From Vicinamibacteraceae bacterium (lineage in GTDB: Bacteria; Acidobacteriota; Vicinamibacteria; Vicinamibacterales; JAFNAJ01), in the NCBI GenBank assembly GCA_039812685.1, contig JBDIBB010000003.1, positions 1-62,692 of the forward strand: a DNA stretch of 62,692 nt, written 5' to 3'. This document shows, piece after piece, positions 50,290 to 60,789 of the stretch. The notes under the pieces were generated by a model. It was not told the origin of the DNA. It did no database searches and saw only the letters and a list, made by a program, of their open reading frames with translations. A program made the translations under genes and the position numbers. Every line of letters starts with the position of its first letter. Positions within the stretch are counted from its first letter, which is position 1.

Positions 50290-52539
50290 ATGAACGCCAT
50301 GTCCTCTCCCGCCGCCGAAGCCGTCCTCCACACCATCCGCGCCCGCCGTGATGCCATCGTCGTCGAGCCGGAGGGCTACCCGCTGCTGGCCGCCTACGGC
50401 GTGCCATGTCCGCGATGCGAGGTCGTCGGATCGCCGGCCGACGTCGCGCAGGTCGATCTCACCCGTGTCGCCGGTGAGCGCGTCGTGGTGAAGATTGCCT
50501 CGCCGGAGATCCTGCACCGCAGCGACGTGCGCGGGATTGCGGTGGTGCCCAACAGCGCCAGCGCCATCCAGGCGGCCATCGACGACATGGCGCGGCGGCT
50601 CGATCGGGGGGGGCGCGCGCGCTTCACGATCAACGAGTTCGTGCCGCACGAGTCGGCGCCCGGCCACCAGTTGCTGTTCGGCCTGCGCTGGACCGAGGAC
50701 TTCGGCGCCGTCGTGGTGGTCGCCCCGGGCGGGATCCACGCCGAGTTCTGGGCGAAGGCGTTGCCGCCGGGCGACGTGCTGGCGATGTTCCCGGTGGAGG
50801 GTACCACCCGCGAGGCCATCGAGGCGCGGCTGGCCGGCCTGCCCCTGGTGCGCATCGTCACCGAATCGCAGCGCGGCCAGCCGGCGCTCTGCCCGGTGGG
50901 TGCGCTGGCCCGCGTCGTGGAGTCGCTGCAGGCGCTGGGGCGCGCGCACGTGCCTGGCGACCTGCGCGAGATCGAGATCAACCCGGTCGCCGTCACCGCC
51001 GGCGGCCCCGTCGCGCTCGACGTGCTGGCGCGCGTGACCGTCGATCGACCGCGGCCGGCGTGGCCGCCGCGGCCGCGGCATCGCCTGGCGGCCCTCTACA
51101 CCCCGAAGTCGGCCGCCATCCTCGGCGTGTCGGAGAAGGGCGTGAACGTCGGCCGGATCATCCTGCGCAACCTGCTGCGCGACGGCTTTCCCATCGAGGA
51201 CATCGTCGTCGTGAAACCGGGCGCCGATCGGATCGACGGCTGCCGATGCGTGCCCGACCTGGCGTCGCTGCCCTCGCGCGTGGACCTCGCGGTGCTGGCC
51301 ATCGGGGCTGGACAGGTGCCCGCGACGCTCACCGAGATCGTCGAGAGGGAGGCGGCCGAGAGCGTGATCGTGATCCCGGGCGGGCTCGAGGAGAAGGCGG
51401 GCACCGAGGGCCTCGTGACGCGCATGCGCGAGGCGCTGCTCGCCTCGCGCGCCACGGCGTGGGGCGGGCCGGTGGTCAACGGCGGCAACTGCCTGGGCAT
51501 TCGTTCACGGCCCGGCCGGTACGACACGATGTTCATCCCGGCCTCGAAGCTGCCCGTGCCCGACACGCCGGAGGTCCCGCTGGCCTTCATCAGCCAGAGC
51601 GGCGCGTTCGCCATCTCGCGCATGAGCCGGCTGGCCACGCTGAACCCACGCTACGTGGTGACGGCCGGCAACCAGATGGATCTCACGGTGGGCGATCATC
51701 TGGAAGCGCTCGCCGAGGATCCCGCGGTGCGCGTGTTCGCGCTCTACGTGGAGGGCTTCAGGCCGCTCGACGGCGCGCGCACGATCGACGTGGCGCGACG
51801 CCTGACGGAGCAAGGGCGCACGGTGGTGCTGTACCGGGCGGGGCGGACGCCGGAGGGGGCGCAGGCCTCGGCCAGCCATACGGCGTCGATTGCCGGCGAC
51901 TACGCCGTCACGCGGGAGATGGCGCGCTCGGCGGGCATCCTGCTGGCGGAGTCGATCGACGCGTTCGAGGATCTCACGCTGCTGGCCACGCTGCTGGCCG
52001 GGCGCCGGCCGGCCGGCCGCCGGCTCGGCGCGGTGTCCAACGCGGGGTTCGAGTGCGTGGCGCTGTCGGACTCGCTCGGCGCGCTCACGCTCGCGGCGTT
52101 CGGCGAGGCCACCGTCGATCGACTGGAGGCCGCGTTCCGCCAGGCGCGCATCGACGGCCTGGTCGACGTGCACAATCCGATCGACCTGACGCCGATGGCG
52201 GCCGATGACGCCTACGAGCGCGTGGTGCGCGCCGTGGCCGACGATCCCGGCGTCGACGTGCTCGTGGTGGGCTGCGTGCCGTTGACCGCGCAACTCAACA
52301 CGCTTGCCCCCGGCCCCGATCACGGCGAGGATGTCACCAGGCGCGACGCGGTGGGCGCGCGGCTCGCGGCGGTCTGTGCGGCCAGCGCCCGGCCGATCGT
52401 GGTGGTCATCGACAGCGGGGCGCTGTACGATGCGATGGCCGCGGGGCTGCTGCGGGCGGGTGTGCCCGTCTTCCGTGCCGTCGATCGCGCGCTCGATGCC
52501 GTCAACGCGTGGCTGTCCGGCGTCCTCGCGCGCCGCTGA
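50290..52539 (+). CDS. ADP-forming acyl-CoA synthetase family protein (ATP-grasp + CoA-binding/ligase domains)
   Basis: The N-terminal ATP-grasp-like part (VVVKIASPEILHRSDVRGI) is followed by a CoA-binding part (PKSAAILGVSEKGVNVGR...) and the phosphohistidine context SASHTASIAG. Confidence 0.8.
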   Translation: MNAMSSPAAEAVLHTIRARRDAIVVEPEGYPLLAAYGVPCPRCEVVGSPADVAQVDLTRVAGERVVVKIASPEILHRSDVRGIAVVPNSASAIQAAIDDMARRLDRGGRARFTINEFVPHESAPGHQLLFGLRWTEDFGAVVVVAPGGIHAEFWAKALPPGDVLAMFPVEGTTREAIEARLAGLPLVRIVTESQRGQPALCPVGALARVVESLQALGRAHVPGDLREIEINPVAVTAGGPVALDVLARVTVDRPRPAWPPRPRHRLAALYTPKSAAILGVSEKGVNVGRIILRNLLRDGFPIEDIVVVKPGADRIDGCRCVPDLASLPSRVDLAVLAIGAGQVPATLTEIVEREAAESVIVIPGGLEEKAGTEGLVTRMREALLASRATAWGGPVVNGGNCLGIRSRPGRYDTMFIPASKLPVPDTPEVPLAFISQSGAFAISRMSRLATLNPRYVVTAGNQMDLTVGDHLEALAEDPAVRVFALYVEGFRPLDGARTIDVARRLTEQGRTVVLYRAGRTPEGAQASASHTASIAGDYAVTREMARSAGILLAESIDAFEDLTLLATLLAGRRPAGRRLGAVSNAGFECVALSDSLGALTLAAFGEATVDRLEAAFRQARIDGLVDVHNPIDLTPMAADDAYERVVRAVADDPGVDVLVVGCVPLTAQLNTLAPGPDHGEDVTRRDAVGARLAAVCAASARPIVVVIDSGALYDAMAAGLLRAGVPVFRAVDRALDAVNAWLSGVLARR

Positions 52540-52570
52540 TGGCAGGTGCCTTCTCCTTCGCAGGTGACGT

Positions 52571-53857
52571 ATGTCCAACGACAAGCCGTATCGCCACAGG
52601 ACGCTCGGTGACCGCGTGCTCGCGCCAGAGACCCAGATGATGGGCTACGGGTACGACCCCGGCCTGTCGGAGGGCTCGGTGAAGGTGCCGCTCTTCCAGA
52701 CCTCCACGTTCGTGTTCAAGACCGCCGAGCAGGGCAAGGCCTTCTTCGAGCTGGCGTACGGCCTGCGGGAGCAGGGCGCCGACGAGGAGCCGGGGCTGAT
52801 CTACTCGCGCATCAACAACCCGGACCTGCAGATCCTCGAGGAGCGGCTCACGCTCTGGGACGGCGCCGACGCAAGCCTGGTGTTCTCGAGCGGAATGGCG
52901 GCCATCGCGACGACGATGCTCACGTTCCTGCGGCCGGGCGACGTGTTCGTGCACAGCGAGCCGATTTACGGCGGCACCGAACACCTCGTGGAAAGCGTGC
53001 TGCCGCAGTTCGGGATCGAGCGCGAGGTGTTCGGCACCTACGCGGGATCGCCGTCGCTCGATGAGGCGATGCGCCGTGCGGCCGCGCGCGGGCGCGTGGG
53101 GATGATCTTCATCGAGACGCCGGCCAACCCGACCAACGACCTCGTGGACATCGCCGCCTGCGCCGAGGCCGCGCGGAAGTACGAGGGCCCCGACGGCCGG
53201 CGTCCGCTCGTCGTGGTCGACAACACGTTCCTCGGCCCGCTCTGGCAGCAGCCCCTGCGCAACGGCGCCGATCTGGTGGTCTACTCGCTCACCAAGTACG
53301 TCGGGGGCCACAGCGACGTCGTGGCCGGCGGCTGCCTCGGCAGCGCGGCGCTGGTGAAGCAGGTCAAGGGCATGCGTGGGGTGCTCGGCACGACGCTGGA
53401 TCCGCACAGCGCCTGGCTGCTGCTGCGCAGCCTGGAAACGCTGAAGCTGCGGATGACCAGCGCGATGAAGAACGCGCGCTACGTGGCCGAGTTCCTGCAG
53501 GATCACCCGAAGGTGGACAAGGTGTACTACCTCGGGTTCCTGCCCGCGGGGGATCCGCAGCACACCATCTACCAGCGGCAGTGCAAGTCGCCGGGCTCGA
53601 CCTTCTCCTTCGAGATCCACGGGGGCGAGGCGGAGGCCTTCCGCCTGCTCAACCACCTGCAGCTCGTCCGGCTCGCCGTGTCGCTGGGCGGCACCGAGAG
53701 CCTCATCCAGCACCCCGCGACGATGACGCACTCCGACGTGCCCGAACCGCGGCAGCGCATGATCGGCGTGACGCCGGCGATGGTCAGGATCTCGGTGGGC
53801 ATCGAGCACCCCGAGGACGTGATCGCCGACCTGCGGCAGGCGCTCGAGGCGGTGTGA
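52571..53857 (+). CDS. PLP-dependent Cys/Met-metabolism enzyme (methionine gamma-lyase / cystathionine gamma-synthase family)
   Basis: Contains [16 protein letters not shown] and the PLP-lysine context [12 protein letters not shown]. Confidence 0.85.
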   Translation: MSNDKPYRHRTLGDRVLAPETQMMGYGYDPGLSEGSVKVPLFQTSTFVFKTAEQGKAFFELAYGLREQGADEEPGLIYSRINNPDLQILEERLTLWDGADASLVFSSGMAAIATTMLTFLRPGDVFVHSEPIYGGTEHLVESVLPQFGIEREVFGTYAGSPSLDEAMRRAAARGRVGMIFIETPANPTNDLVDIAACAEAARKYEGPDGRRPLVVVDNTFLGPLWQQPLRNGADLVVYSLTKYVGGHSDVVAGGCLGSAALVKQVKGMRGVLGTTLDPHSAWLLLRSLETLKLRMTSAMKNARYVAEFLQDHPKVDKVYYLGFLPAGDPQHTIYQRQCKSPGSTFSFEIHGGEAEAFRLLNHLQLVRLAVSLGGTESLIQHPATMTHSDVPEPRQRMIGVTPAMVRISVGIEHPEDVIADLRQALEAV

Positions 53858-53866
53858 TAGCGTGAA

Positions 53867-53891
53867 GGGCCGGCGTGTGAGGCGCCGGCCC
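53867..53891 (+). terminator. 9-bp stem / 7-nt loop hairpin after the PLP-enzyme gene
   Basis: GGGCCGGCG-tgtgagg-CGCCGGCCC. It lies 10 nt after TGA 53855-53857. Confidence 0.45.
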
Positions 53892-53963
53892 GTCGTGCCT
53901 GCCGCGGGGCTTGGCTCGAGGCCGCGCGCACGCCACGCCGCGCATTCCACGGAGGCTCCCGAC

Positions 53964-54494
53964 ATGTCGCCTGTACCCGGCATCTATGCCCGTTTCGACA
54001 CCACCGAAGGTGAGTTCCTCGTCCGGCTGTTCGACAAGGACGCGCCTGCCACCGTCGCCAACTTCGTCGGCCTCGCCGAAGGCACGAAGGAGTGGACGCA
54101 CCCCGCCACGAGGCAGAAGCAGCGGACGCCGTTCTACGACGGGCTGATCTTCCATCGCGTGATCGACGGCTTCATGATCCAGGGCGGCTGCCCGCTCGGC
54201 AGCGGTGTCGGCGGTCCCGGCTACCAGTTCGCCGACGAGTTCCACCCGTCGCTGCGCCACCGGGCGGAGGGCATTCTGTCGATGGCCAATGCCGGCCCGA
54301 GCACCAACGGCAGCCAGTTCTTCATCACGCTGGCGCCCACCCCGCATCTCGACAACCGCCACTCGGTGTTCGGCGAGGTGGTGGAGGGGCTCGACGTGGT
54401 GAAGAAGATCGGCCGCGTGCGCACCGGCCCCAGGGATCGTCCCGCGACCGACGTCGTGATGCGCAAGGTGACGATCGAGCGCGTGCAGTCCTGA
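53964..54494 (+). CDS. peptidyl-prolyl cis-trans isomerase (cyclophilin type)
   Basis: GGAGG lies upstream of ATG 53964. Contains [13 protein letters not shown] and [16 protein letters not shown]. Confidence 0.9.
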   Translation: MSPVPGIYARFDTTEGEFLVRLFDKDAPATVANFVGLAEGTKEWTHPATRQKQRTPFYDGLIFHRVIDGFMIQGGCPLGSGVGGPGYQFADEFHPSLRHRAEGILSMANAGPSTNGSQFFITLAPTPHLDNRHSVFGEVVEGLDVVKKIGRVRTGPRDRPATDVVMRKVTIERVQS

Positions 54495-54562
54495 AGACGG
54501 CGGGACTCGAGCGCCGCCGCCCACGGGCGCCGCGCGTTCCGCCGGCAATCCCCTGTCCTGTC

Positions 54563-55357
54563 ATGAAGATCACGTCGTCAATCGCTCTCGTTGCGCTCAC
54601 GGCCTTCCTGTTCATCGTCGCCGACGTCCAGGGACAGACCATCCCGCGGGGGCCGCTGGCCTCGCCCTCGGTCATGGACAGCGCCTCGTCCTCGCCGCCC
54701 CCGCCGCCACCGGCCCGCGAGGGCACGGCCGAGTTCGCATTCGTCGGCACCACCGGCAACTCCTCGACGCAGACCATCGGCCTCAACGGCACCTACATCG
54801 TGCGTCCCGAGGCCTGGGTGCTCACGACCAGCGCCTCGTACGTGCGCAACGAGTCGGAAGGGGAGACGACCGCCAACGCCGTGATGCTGGGGTTCCGGGC
54901 GCAGCGCGCGTTCTCACCGCGGCTGGCGGCCTTCACCGAGTACGCCTACTTCCGCGACCGCTTCGCCGGCGTCCTGAACCGCAACTCGGTGGTGGGCGGC
55001 GTCTCCTACAAGGTGGTGGACGAGGCCAGGCACCTGCTGTCGATCGACGGCGGCCTCGGCTACCTGAACGAACGGCGGCTGGTGCCGCCGAGCGTGTCGA
55101 GCGCGGTCTACGCGGCCGGCAGCAACTACCGCCTGAAGATCTCGGAAACGGCAGCCTTCACCGACGACTTCCGCTTCACGGGCACGTTTGCCGAGGCCGG
55201 CGACTGGCGCATCTCGCACGTGGCGGGCGTGACCGCGCGGCTCACGACGCTGCTGTCGCTGAAGGTATCGAACACGATCCGGTACGCGAACCGGCCGGTG
55301 ACCGGCTTCCGGCACACCGACACCACGACGTCGGTGGCGCTGGTGGCGAAGTTCTGA
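54563..55357 (+). CDS. DUF481-type outer-membrane beta-barrel protein
   Basis: Has a signal peptide. Alternating beta-strand pattern (GNSSTQTIGLNGTY...) with a terminal F. Confidence 0.65.
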   Translation: MKITSSIALVALTAFLFIVADVQGQTIPRGPLASPSVMDSASSSPPPPPPAREGTAEFAFVGTTGNSSTQTIGLNGTYIVRPEAWVLTTSASYVRNESEGETTANAVMLGFRAQRAFSPRLAAFTEYAYFRDRFAGVLNRNSVVGGVSYKVVDEARHLLSIDGGLGYLNERRLVPPSVSSAVYAAGSNYRLKISETAAFTDDFRFTGTFAEAGDWRISHVAGVTARLTTLLSLKVSNTIRYANRPVTGFRHTDTTTSVALVAKF

Positions 55358-55373
55358 ACGCCGGCCGCCGGCT

Positions 55374-55808
55374 TCACGCCCGCGCGACGCCCCCGATCAC
55401 TCGCGACGCCAGCAACTGCCGGATGATGCCGAGCAGTTGATCCAGCGCGCACGGCTTGGCAAGAAACGCGTCGCAGCCAGCGTCGGCCGCACGGGCGCGC
55501 TCGTTGGGGTAGTCGAAGGCGCTGAAGGCGATCACCGGAACGCTCGCCAGTCCGGGATCGGCCTTCAACGTGCGCGCCACGGTCCAGCCGTCCAGCTTCG
55601 GGATGGCGAGATCCAGCAGCACGATGTCGGGCCGGCGGCGCAGGGCCTTGCCGAGCGCCTCGGGGCCATCGGCCGCCTCCGACACGCGATAGCCGGCGCC
55701 GAGCAGGTATTCCGCGATCCCCTGCCGGCTGTTCTGGTCATCGTCGACGACCAGCACGAGCGGCGTGGAACCAAACGAAGAGCTGACGAGCATTCCCATG
55801 ACGCGCAC
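55374..55808 (-). CDS. stand-alone response regulator receiver protein
   Basis: Contains VLVVDDD, IVLLDLAIP and FLAKP. Possible starts are GTG 55808, ATG 55799 or ATG 55793. Confidence 0.8.
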   Translation of the reverse strand: MRVMGMLVSSSFGSTPLVLVVDDDQNSRQGIAEYLLGAGYRVSEAADGPEALGKALRRRPDIVLLDLAIPKLDGWTVARTLKADPGLASVPVIAFSAFDYPNERARAADAGCDAFLAKPCALDQLLGIIRQLLASRVIGGVARA

Positions 55809-56028
55809 CGTCGATGGTGTCCCGGGCGGACGCGCCCGTTCGAGCCACCGCCTCCAGGAAGAGGACGGACCGGAGGAAGCAAGCTTCGCGCCCGGTCACG
55901 CGGCCGGCAATTCGCACGCACGAGCTGGCGGAGGCCCATCTTCGCGCGCCGGTGATTGCACGATCGCGAACAATCGCCGTAGCGAAGTTACAGGGTGGAC
56001 GCGAGCCCGCCGGCCTCGCCGTCGCCTG

Positions 56029-59000
56029 TCAGGACCGCCGTTGGCGCGGGTCCGTGCGGAACACCCCGAAAGGACTGCTGAGGGCGCCGCGTGTCCGCCC
56101 CGGCGCGCGAGGGGCGTCGGGCCGCGCCGCTGCCGGCTCGCCGGTGCCGGCTTGCGCGGCCTCCGGCGGCGTCGCGAGCGTGATCGCGCGCCGCGGCACG
56201 CGGAACCCGGAGGCCGAGGCCACGAAGCCCGCTTCCTTCAGCGCCGCGGCAAGCGGGTGAGCGCCGGCAGGCGCACCGTTGATGTCGGCGATGAGGAGCC
56301 CGGACTCGCGCCCGGCGTCGCTGGCGGCGAAGGCGGCCAGCGTGGTCGCGACGGCACGAGCCGTGTCCGAACGATCGGGTTCGCTGGCGGGAAGGAACGA
56401 GAGCAGCGGGCGTCCACCGCGGCCTGTGTAGGCGCCGAGCGCGCCGTTGACGAGGATCACCGAGGCGCCCACCGATCGCGTCGGGCCGCGAGATGCGGCC
56501 GGGAGCGCGGAGTCGGCATCCGGCCAGCGGATCACGCTCCCGTACGGGTTGGCGGGATCGGCGGCGGCCAGCATGGCCGTCTCGGGCGCGGGCGGCGGCT
56601 CACGGAGCGCGCGCAGCAGGTCGAGCGCCGCCGGCAGCGCGAACTGCATCGCCGTGACGCCCGAGGCGAAGTAGCCGCGCCGCAGTTGCCCGCGTTCCTC
56701 CATCGACCGGTAGATGTCGTGAATCGAACCGAACCCGCCCGGCACGGCTTCCGCCGCCGCGACCTCGCGCGTGACGATGCCGTGGCGGGTGAGCAGCTGG
56801 CGGGCGATGGCCGTGCTCCAGGCGGTGAGGTCGCGCGTGGCCGGCATCGTCCCGGCAGGCGTGCCAGCGGCCGGCGGTTGCAGGAGCGACCATCGGCCCT
56901 GTCCGGCGGGGGGCGCCGCGCGACGTGATCGAAACGGCTGGTCTGCCGTCTGGCCCCGCCGCGCCCGCGGCCGTGGCTGCGTGTACGCCCTCAGGGCGTG
57001 CAGCGAATCGTTGGTTATCAGCCCGCGCCAGACGAGCGACCACAGGGCGTCGACCGTGTCGCCAGGGAATCCGCCGCCCGCGGCGTGGTGCAGCGCGTCG
57101 AAGAACATCGCGCCCTCGCGCCGCAGCGCGTCGAGGATGGCGGCCTCGCGTCCGTCCACGCCCGCGTCCTCCGGCGGCGGTCGCCGCAGCCGCGCGAGGC
57201 CGTCGGCGAGATAGAGCGCCAGCCGGCCGTCGTGGCCACCCAGTGGCGCCACGCCCGCCCAGGTGACCTCGCCGGCCGCGATCAGCGTGTCGAGATCGGC
57301 GGGACGGTAGCCGTCCACGCGCGCCGGGAGGATGTCGGTTTCGAGGAGGGAGGCGGCCAGCGGGGCTCCCTGCAGGTGCTCCACGGCATCGAGCAGCGCG
57401 TCGAGCCCGCGGCGTGGTTTCCTCACGCCGTGCCAGGCCGTCACGAACCGGCCGAGCACGGCCGAGTCGACCGGCTCCACGTCCTTCCGCAGGCGGGCGA
57501 GCGAACGCCGCCGCAGCAGGGTGAGCACGCCGGGCTCGCACCATTCGCGGAAACGGCGGCCGGGCCTGAACTCGCCCTCGAGCAGTCGACCGGACCTCGT
57601 GAGGCGCTGGAGCGATGCCTCCGCGTGCCCGCGCGCGAGGCCGAATCGGGCTGTGAGTTCTGCCGTTCCGAAGGGCCCGTGCGTGCGCGCGAAGCGCAGG
57701 ACGAGGCCGTCGAGCGCGAAGGGCACCGTGGCGAGCAGGGTGCCGGGCAGGCCTGCCGGCAACGGGGCGTCGAACGCGTCGCGGTAGCGCGCCGCGTCCT
57801 CCACGGCGACCAGCCGCGTGGCGCCGCCTACGGTCAGCCAGACGGCCCGGCGGGCCGTGGTCAGCGCCTCGACCCACGTGCGCCAGTCGTCGCCGGCGCT
57901 GCGCGCGCGGATCTCGTCGCCGGCCAGGTCGCCGATACGCAGCAGGAGATCGTGCAGGCTGTCGGCGCTCCTGGCGGGCAGGTGACCGCCCTGGTGCTGC
58001 AGCTCGCGTTCGGCGTCGTCGATGACGCCGGCGTCGAGCAGCTCGCGCAATTCGGCCTCGCCGAGCAATTCGCGCAGTTGCGCCTGGTCGATGGTCAGCG
58101 CCTGGGCGCGCCGCTCGGCGAGCGGCGCATCCCCATCGTAGATGTAGCTGGCGACGTAGCCGAAGAGCAGCGAGGCCGCGAAGGGCGAGGGCGTTGTCGT
58201 GTCGGCTGTCGCGAGGCGGATCGCGCGCTGGGCGATGCCGCGCAGCGTGTCTGCCAGCGCCGGCAGGTCGAACAGGTCGTGCAGGCACTCCCGGATGGCC
58301 TCGAGCAGGATCGGAAACGACCCGTGACGCGAAGCCACCGACAGCAGATCGTGCGCGCGCTTGCGCTGCTGCCAGAGCGGCGTGCGCTGGCCCGCGCGGC
58401 GTCGCGGCAGCAACAGGGCGCGTCCGGCGCACTCACGGAATTTCGCCGCCAGCAGCGCGCTCGATCCCAGCTGCGCCGTCACGAGGCGCTCCACGTCGTC
58501 GGGATCCGGCAGCAGCCAGGACACCCCGGGCGGATCGTCGGTCTCGGGCAACCGCACGACGAACCCGTCGTCGGTCCACATCACCTCGACGTCCAGGCCC
58601 GTCGTCTCGCGGATCTTCGCCGTGGCGGCCAGCGCCCAGGGCACGAGCACGCGGCCGCCCAACGGTGAGAGCACGCAGACGCGCCATTCGCCCAGTTCGT
58701 CGCGGCAGCGCTCGACGACGACCGTGGCATCGTCGGGTATCGCGCGCGTGGCGGCGTGCTGTCCGGCGAGATAGGCGACCAGGTTCTCGGCGGCGGGCGG
58801 ATCGAGATCGTATCCCGTGACGAGCCGCTCGATCGCCGCGGCGGCGGGCAGCGCGGCCAGCGTGCGCGTGAGCGCCCCGATCGTCCGGCCGAACTCGAGC
58901 GGGCGGCCGGGACCATCGCCCTTCCAGAAGGGCATCTTGCCGGGTTGTCCGGGCGCGGGTGACACCAGCACGCGGTCGTGGCGGATCTCCTCGATGCGCC

Positions 59001-60777
59001 ATGACGAGGCGCCGAGCAGGAAGACGTCGCCGACACGGCTCTCGAACACCATCTCCTCGTCGAGATCGCCCACGCGGGCGGGGCGCTCGCCGGCCCCGGC
59101 GAGGAACACGCCGTAGAGCCCGCGGTCGGGGATGGTGCCGCCGTTGATCACCGCGACACGCCGCGCGCCCTCGCGCGGGGTGACGATGCCGCCGAGCCGA
59201 TCCCAGGTGAGGCGCGGGCGCAACTCGGCGAACTCGTCGGAGGGATACCGGCCAGAGAGCATGTCGAGGACGCTCTCGAAGGCGGCGCGGCCCAGCGTGG
59301 CGAACGGCGCGGCCTGGCGGACGAGATCGAAGAGCCGGTCCACGGGCCATGCGTCCATCGCGGCCAGCGCCACCACCTGCTGTGCGAGCACGTCGAGCGG
59401 ATTGCGCGGGAAGCGCGTCGACTCGACGTCGCCTTCGCGGATGGCGCGCGCGGCGGCCGCGCAGGCCACGAGATCGCCGCGGTACTTCGGGAACACGATT
59501 CCGCGGCTGACGGCGTCCACCTGGTGTCCGGCACGGCCGATGCGCTGCGTCCCGCTGGCGATGGACGGCGGGGCGGCCACCTGCACCACGAGATCGATGG
59601 CGCCCATGTCGATGCCCAGCTCGAGCGACGAGGTGGCGACCAGTCCACGGAGCTGACCGGCCTTCAGCGCCTCCTCGATCTCTACCCGCTGCGGGCGCGC
59701 CAGCGATCCGTGGTGGGCGCGCACCAGCGGCTCACCCGCCAGATCGTTCAGCGCGCCGGCGAGGCGTTCGGCCAGGCGCCGGCTGTTGACGAAGATCAGC
59801 GTCGAGCGGTGCGCGCGCACCAGGTCGAGCAGGCGGGGATGAATCGCCGTCCAGATGCTGTGGCCCGCCGGCGGCGGGGCGTCGTGGCTGGACGAGAGGG
59901 CGGGCGGCGTCGCCCGCCGCGCCATGTCCTCCACGGGCACTTCGACGCGCAGTTCGAGGGTCCTGGTCGCGCCGGCATCGAGGATGGTGACCTGACGCCA
60001 CGCCGGCGGTGAAAGGCCGGGGGGATGGGCCGATGCGGCGTGGAGGATCTCCGCGGCCGGATCCGGTTCGGGCCTGGTACGCCGGCCCGGGACGGGGCGC
60101 GGCTCCCTTCGTGCGGACCGTGCCGCGCCGCCCAGGAACCGGGCCACCTCGTCGAGCGGCCGCTGCGTGGCCGACAGGCCGATGCGCTGGAGCGGGCGGC
60201 CGCAGAGCGCTTCCAGCCGTTCGAGCGAGAGCGCGAGGTGCGCGCCGCGCTTGGTGGGGACCAGCGCGTGGATCTCGTCGACGATCACCGTGTCGATGGC
60301 CCGCAGCGCATCGCGGCTGCCGGAGGTGAGCAGGAGGTAGAGCGACTCGGGGGTGGTGATGAGGATGTCGGCCGGGTTGCGACGGAACCGCGCACGCTCG
60401 GCGGCCGGCGTGTCACCCGTTCGCACGGCAACGACTGGCACGTGGTGCCGGTCGCCACGCGCGAGCGCGGCCCTGGCGACGCCCGCGATCGGCGCGCGCA
60501 GGTTGCGATCCACGTCCACGGCCAGCGCCTTCAGCGGCGAGACGTACAGCACGCGACATCGGCGGTGTGTCTCGGGCACCGGCTCGAACATCAGGCGATC
60601 GATGCACGAGAGGAACGCCGCCAGCGTCTTGCCGCTGCCCGTTGGCGCCAGCAGCAGCGTCGACTCGCGCGCGGCAATGGCCGGCCAGGCCAGGACTTGC
60701 GGCCGTGTCGGCGAGCCGAAGGTCTCGGCGAACCAGGCTCGGGCCGCCGGGTGGAAGAGCGCGAGCGGTTCCGGCAT
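56029..60777 (-). CDS. lhr: Lhr-family ATP-dependent DNA helicase, full-length (1,582 aa)
   Basis: Contains LLLAPTGSGKTLAAF (Walker A), VIVDEIHAL (DEIH), an Lhr-core winged-helix region and a C-terminal extension of about 700 aa. Confidence 0.9.
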   Translation of the reverse strand: MPEPLALFHPAARAWFAETFGSPTRPQVLAWPAIAARESTLLLAPTGSGKTLAAFLSCIDRLMFEPVPETHRRCRVLYVSPLKALAVDVDRNLRAPIAGVARAALARGDRHHVPVVAVRTGDTPAAERARFRRNPADILITTPESLYLLLTSGSRDALRAIDTVIVDEIHALVPTKRGAHLALSLERLEALCGRPLQRIGLSATQRPLDEVARFLGGAARSARREPRPVPGRRTRPEPDPAAEILHAASAHPPGLSPPAWRQVTILDAGATRTLELRVEVPVEDMARRATPPALSSSHDAPPPAGHSIWTAIHPRLLDLVRAHRSTLIFVNSRRLAERLAGALNDLAGEPLVRAHHGSLARPQRVEIEEALKAGQLRGLVATSSLELGIDMGAIDLVVQVAAPPSIASGTQRIGRAGHQVDAVSRGIVFPKYRGDLVACAAAARAIREGDVESTRFPRNPLDVLAQQVVALAAMDAWPVDRLFDLVRQAAPFATLGRAAFESVLDMLSGRYPSDEFAELRPRLTWDRLGGIVTPREGARRVAVINGGTIPDRGLYGVFLAGAGERPARVGDLDEEMVFESRVGDVFLLGASSWRIEEIRHDRVLVSPAPGQPGKMPFWKGDGPGRPLEFGRTIGALTRTLAALPAAAAIERLVTGYDLDPPAAENLVAYLAGQHAATRAIPDDATVVVERCRDELGEWRVCVLSPLGGRVLVPWALAATAKIRETTGLDVEVMWTDDGFVVRLPETDDPPGVSWLLPDPDDVERLVTAQLGSSALLAAKFRECAGRALLLPRRRAGQRTPLWQQRKRAHDLLSVASRHGSFPILLEAIRECLHDLFDLPALADTLRGIAQRAIRLATADTTTPSPFAASLLFGYVASYIYDGDAPLAERRAQALTIDQAQLRELLGEAELRELLDAGVIDDAERELQHQGGHLPARSADSLHDLLLRIGDLAGDEIRARSAGDDWRTWVEALTTARRAVWLTVGGATRLVAVEDAARYRDAFDAPLPAGLPGTLLATVPFALDGLVLRFARTHGPFGTAELTARFGLARGHAEASLQRLTRSGRLLEGEFRPGRRFREWCEPGVLTLLRRRSLARLRKDVEPVDSAVLGRFVTAWHGVRKPRRGLDALLDAVEHLQGAPLAASLLETDILPARVDGYRPADLDTLIAAGEVTWAGVAPLGGHDGRLALYLADGLARLRRPPPEDAGVDGREAAILDALRREGAMFFDALHHAAGGGFPGDTVDALWSLVWRGLITNDSLHALRAYTQPRPRARRGQTADQPFRSRRAAPPAGQGRWSLLQPPAAGTPAGTMPATRDLTAWSTAIARQLLTRHGIVTREVAAAEAVPGGFGSIHDIYRSMEERGQLRRGYFASGVTAMQFALPAALDLLRALREPPPAPETAMLAAADPANPYGSVIRWPDADSALPAASRGPTRSVGASVILVNGALGAYTGRGGRPLLSFLPASEPDRSDTARAVATTLAAFAASDAGRESGLLIADINGAPAGAHPLAAALKEAGFVASASGFRVPRRAITLATPPEAAQAGTGEPAAARPDAPRAPGRTRGALSSPFGVFRTDPRQRRS

Positions 60778-60783
60778 GGGGTG

Positions 60784-60789
60784 ATCTTA
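60784..60789 (-). promoter_or_regulatory. -10-like hexamer TAAGAT, 6 nt upstream of the lhr ATG (leaderless-type geometry)
   Basis: Minus strand reads TAAGAT-CACCCC-ATG, with no SD. Confidence 0.3.
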
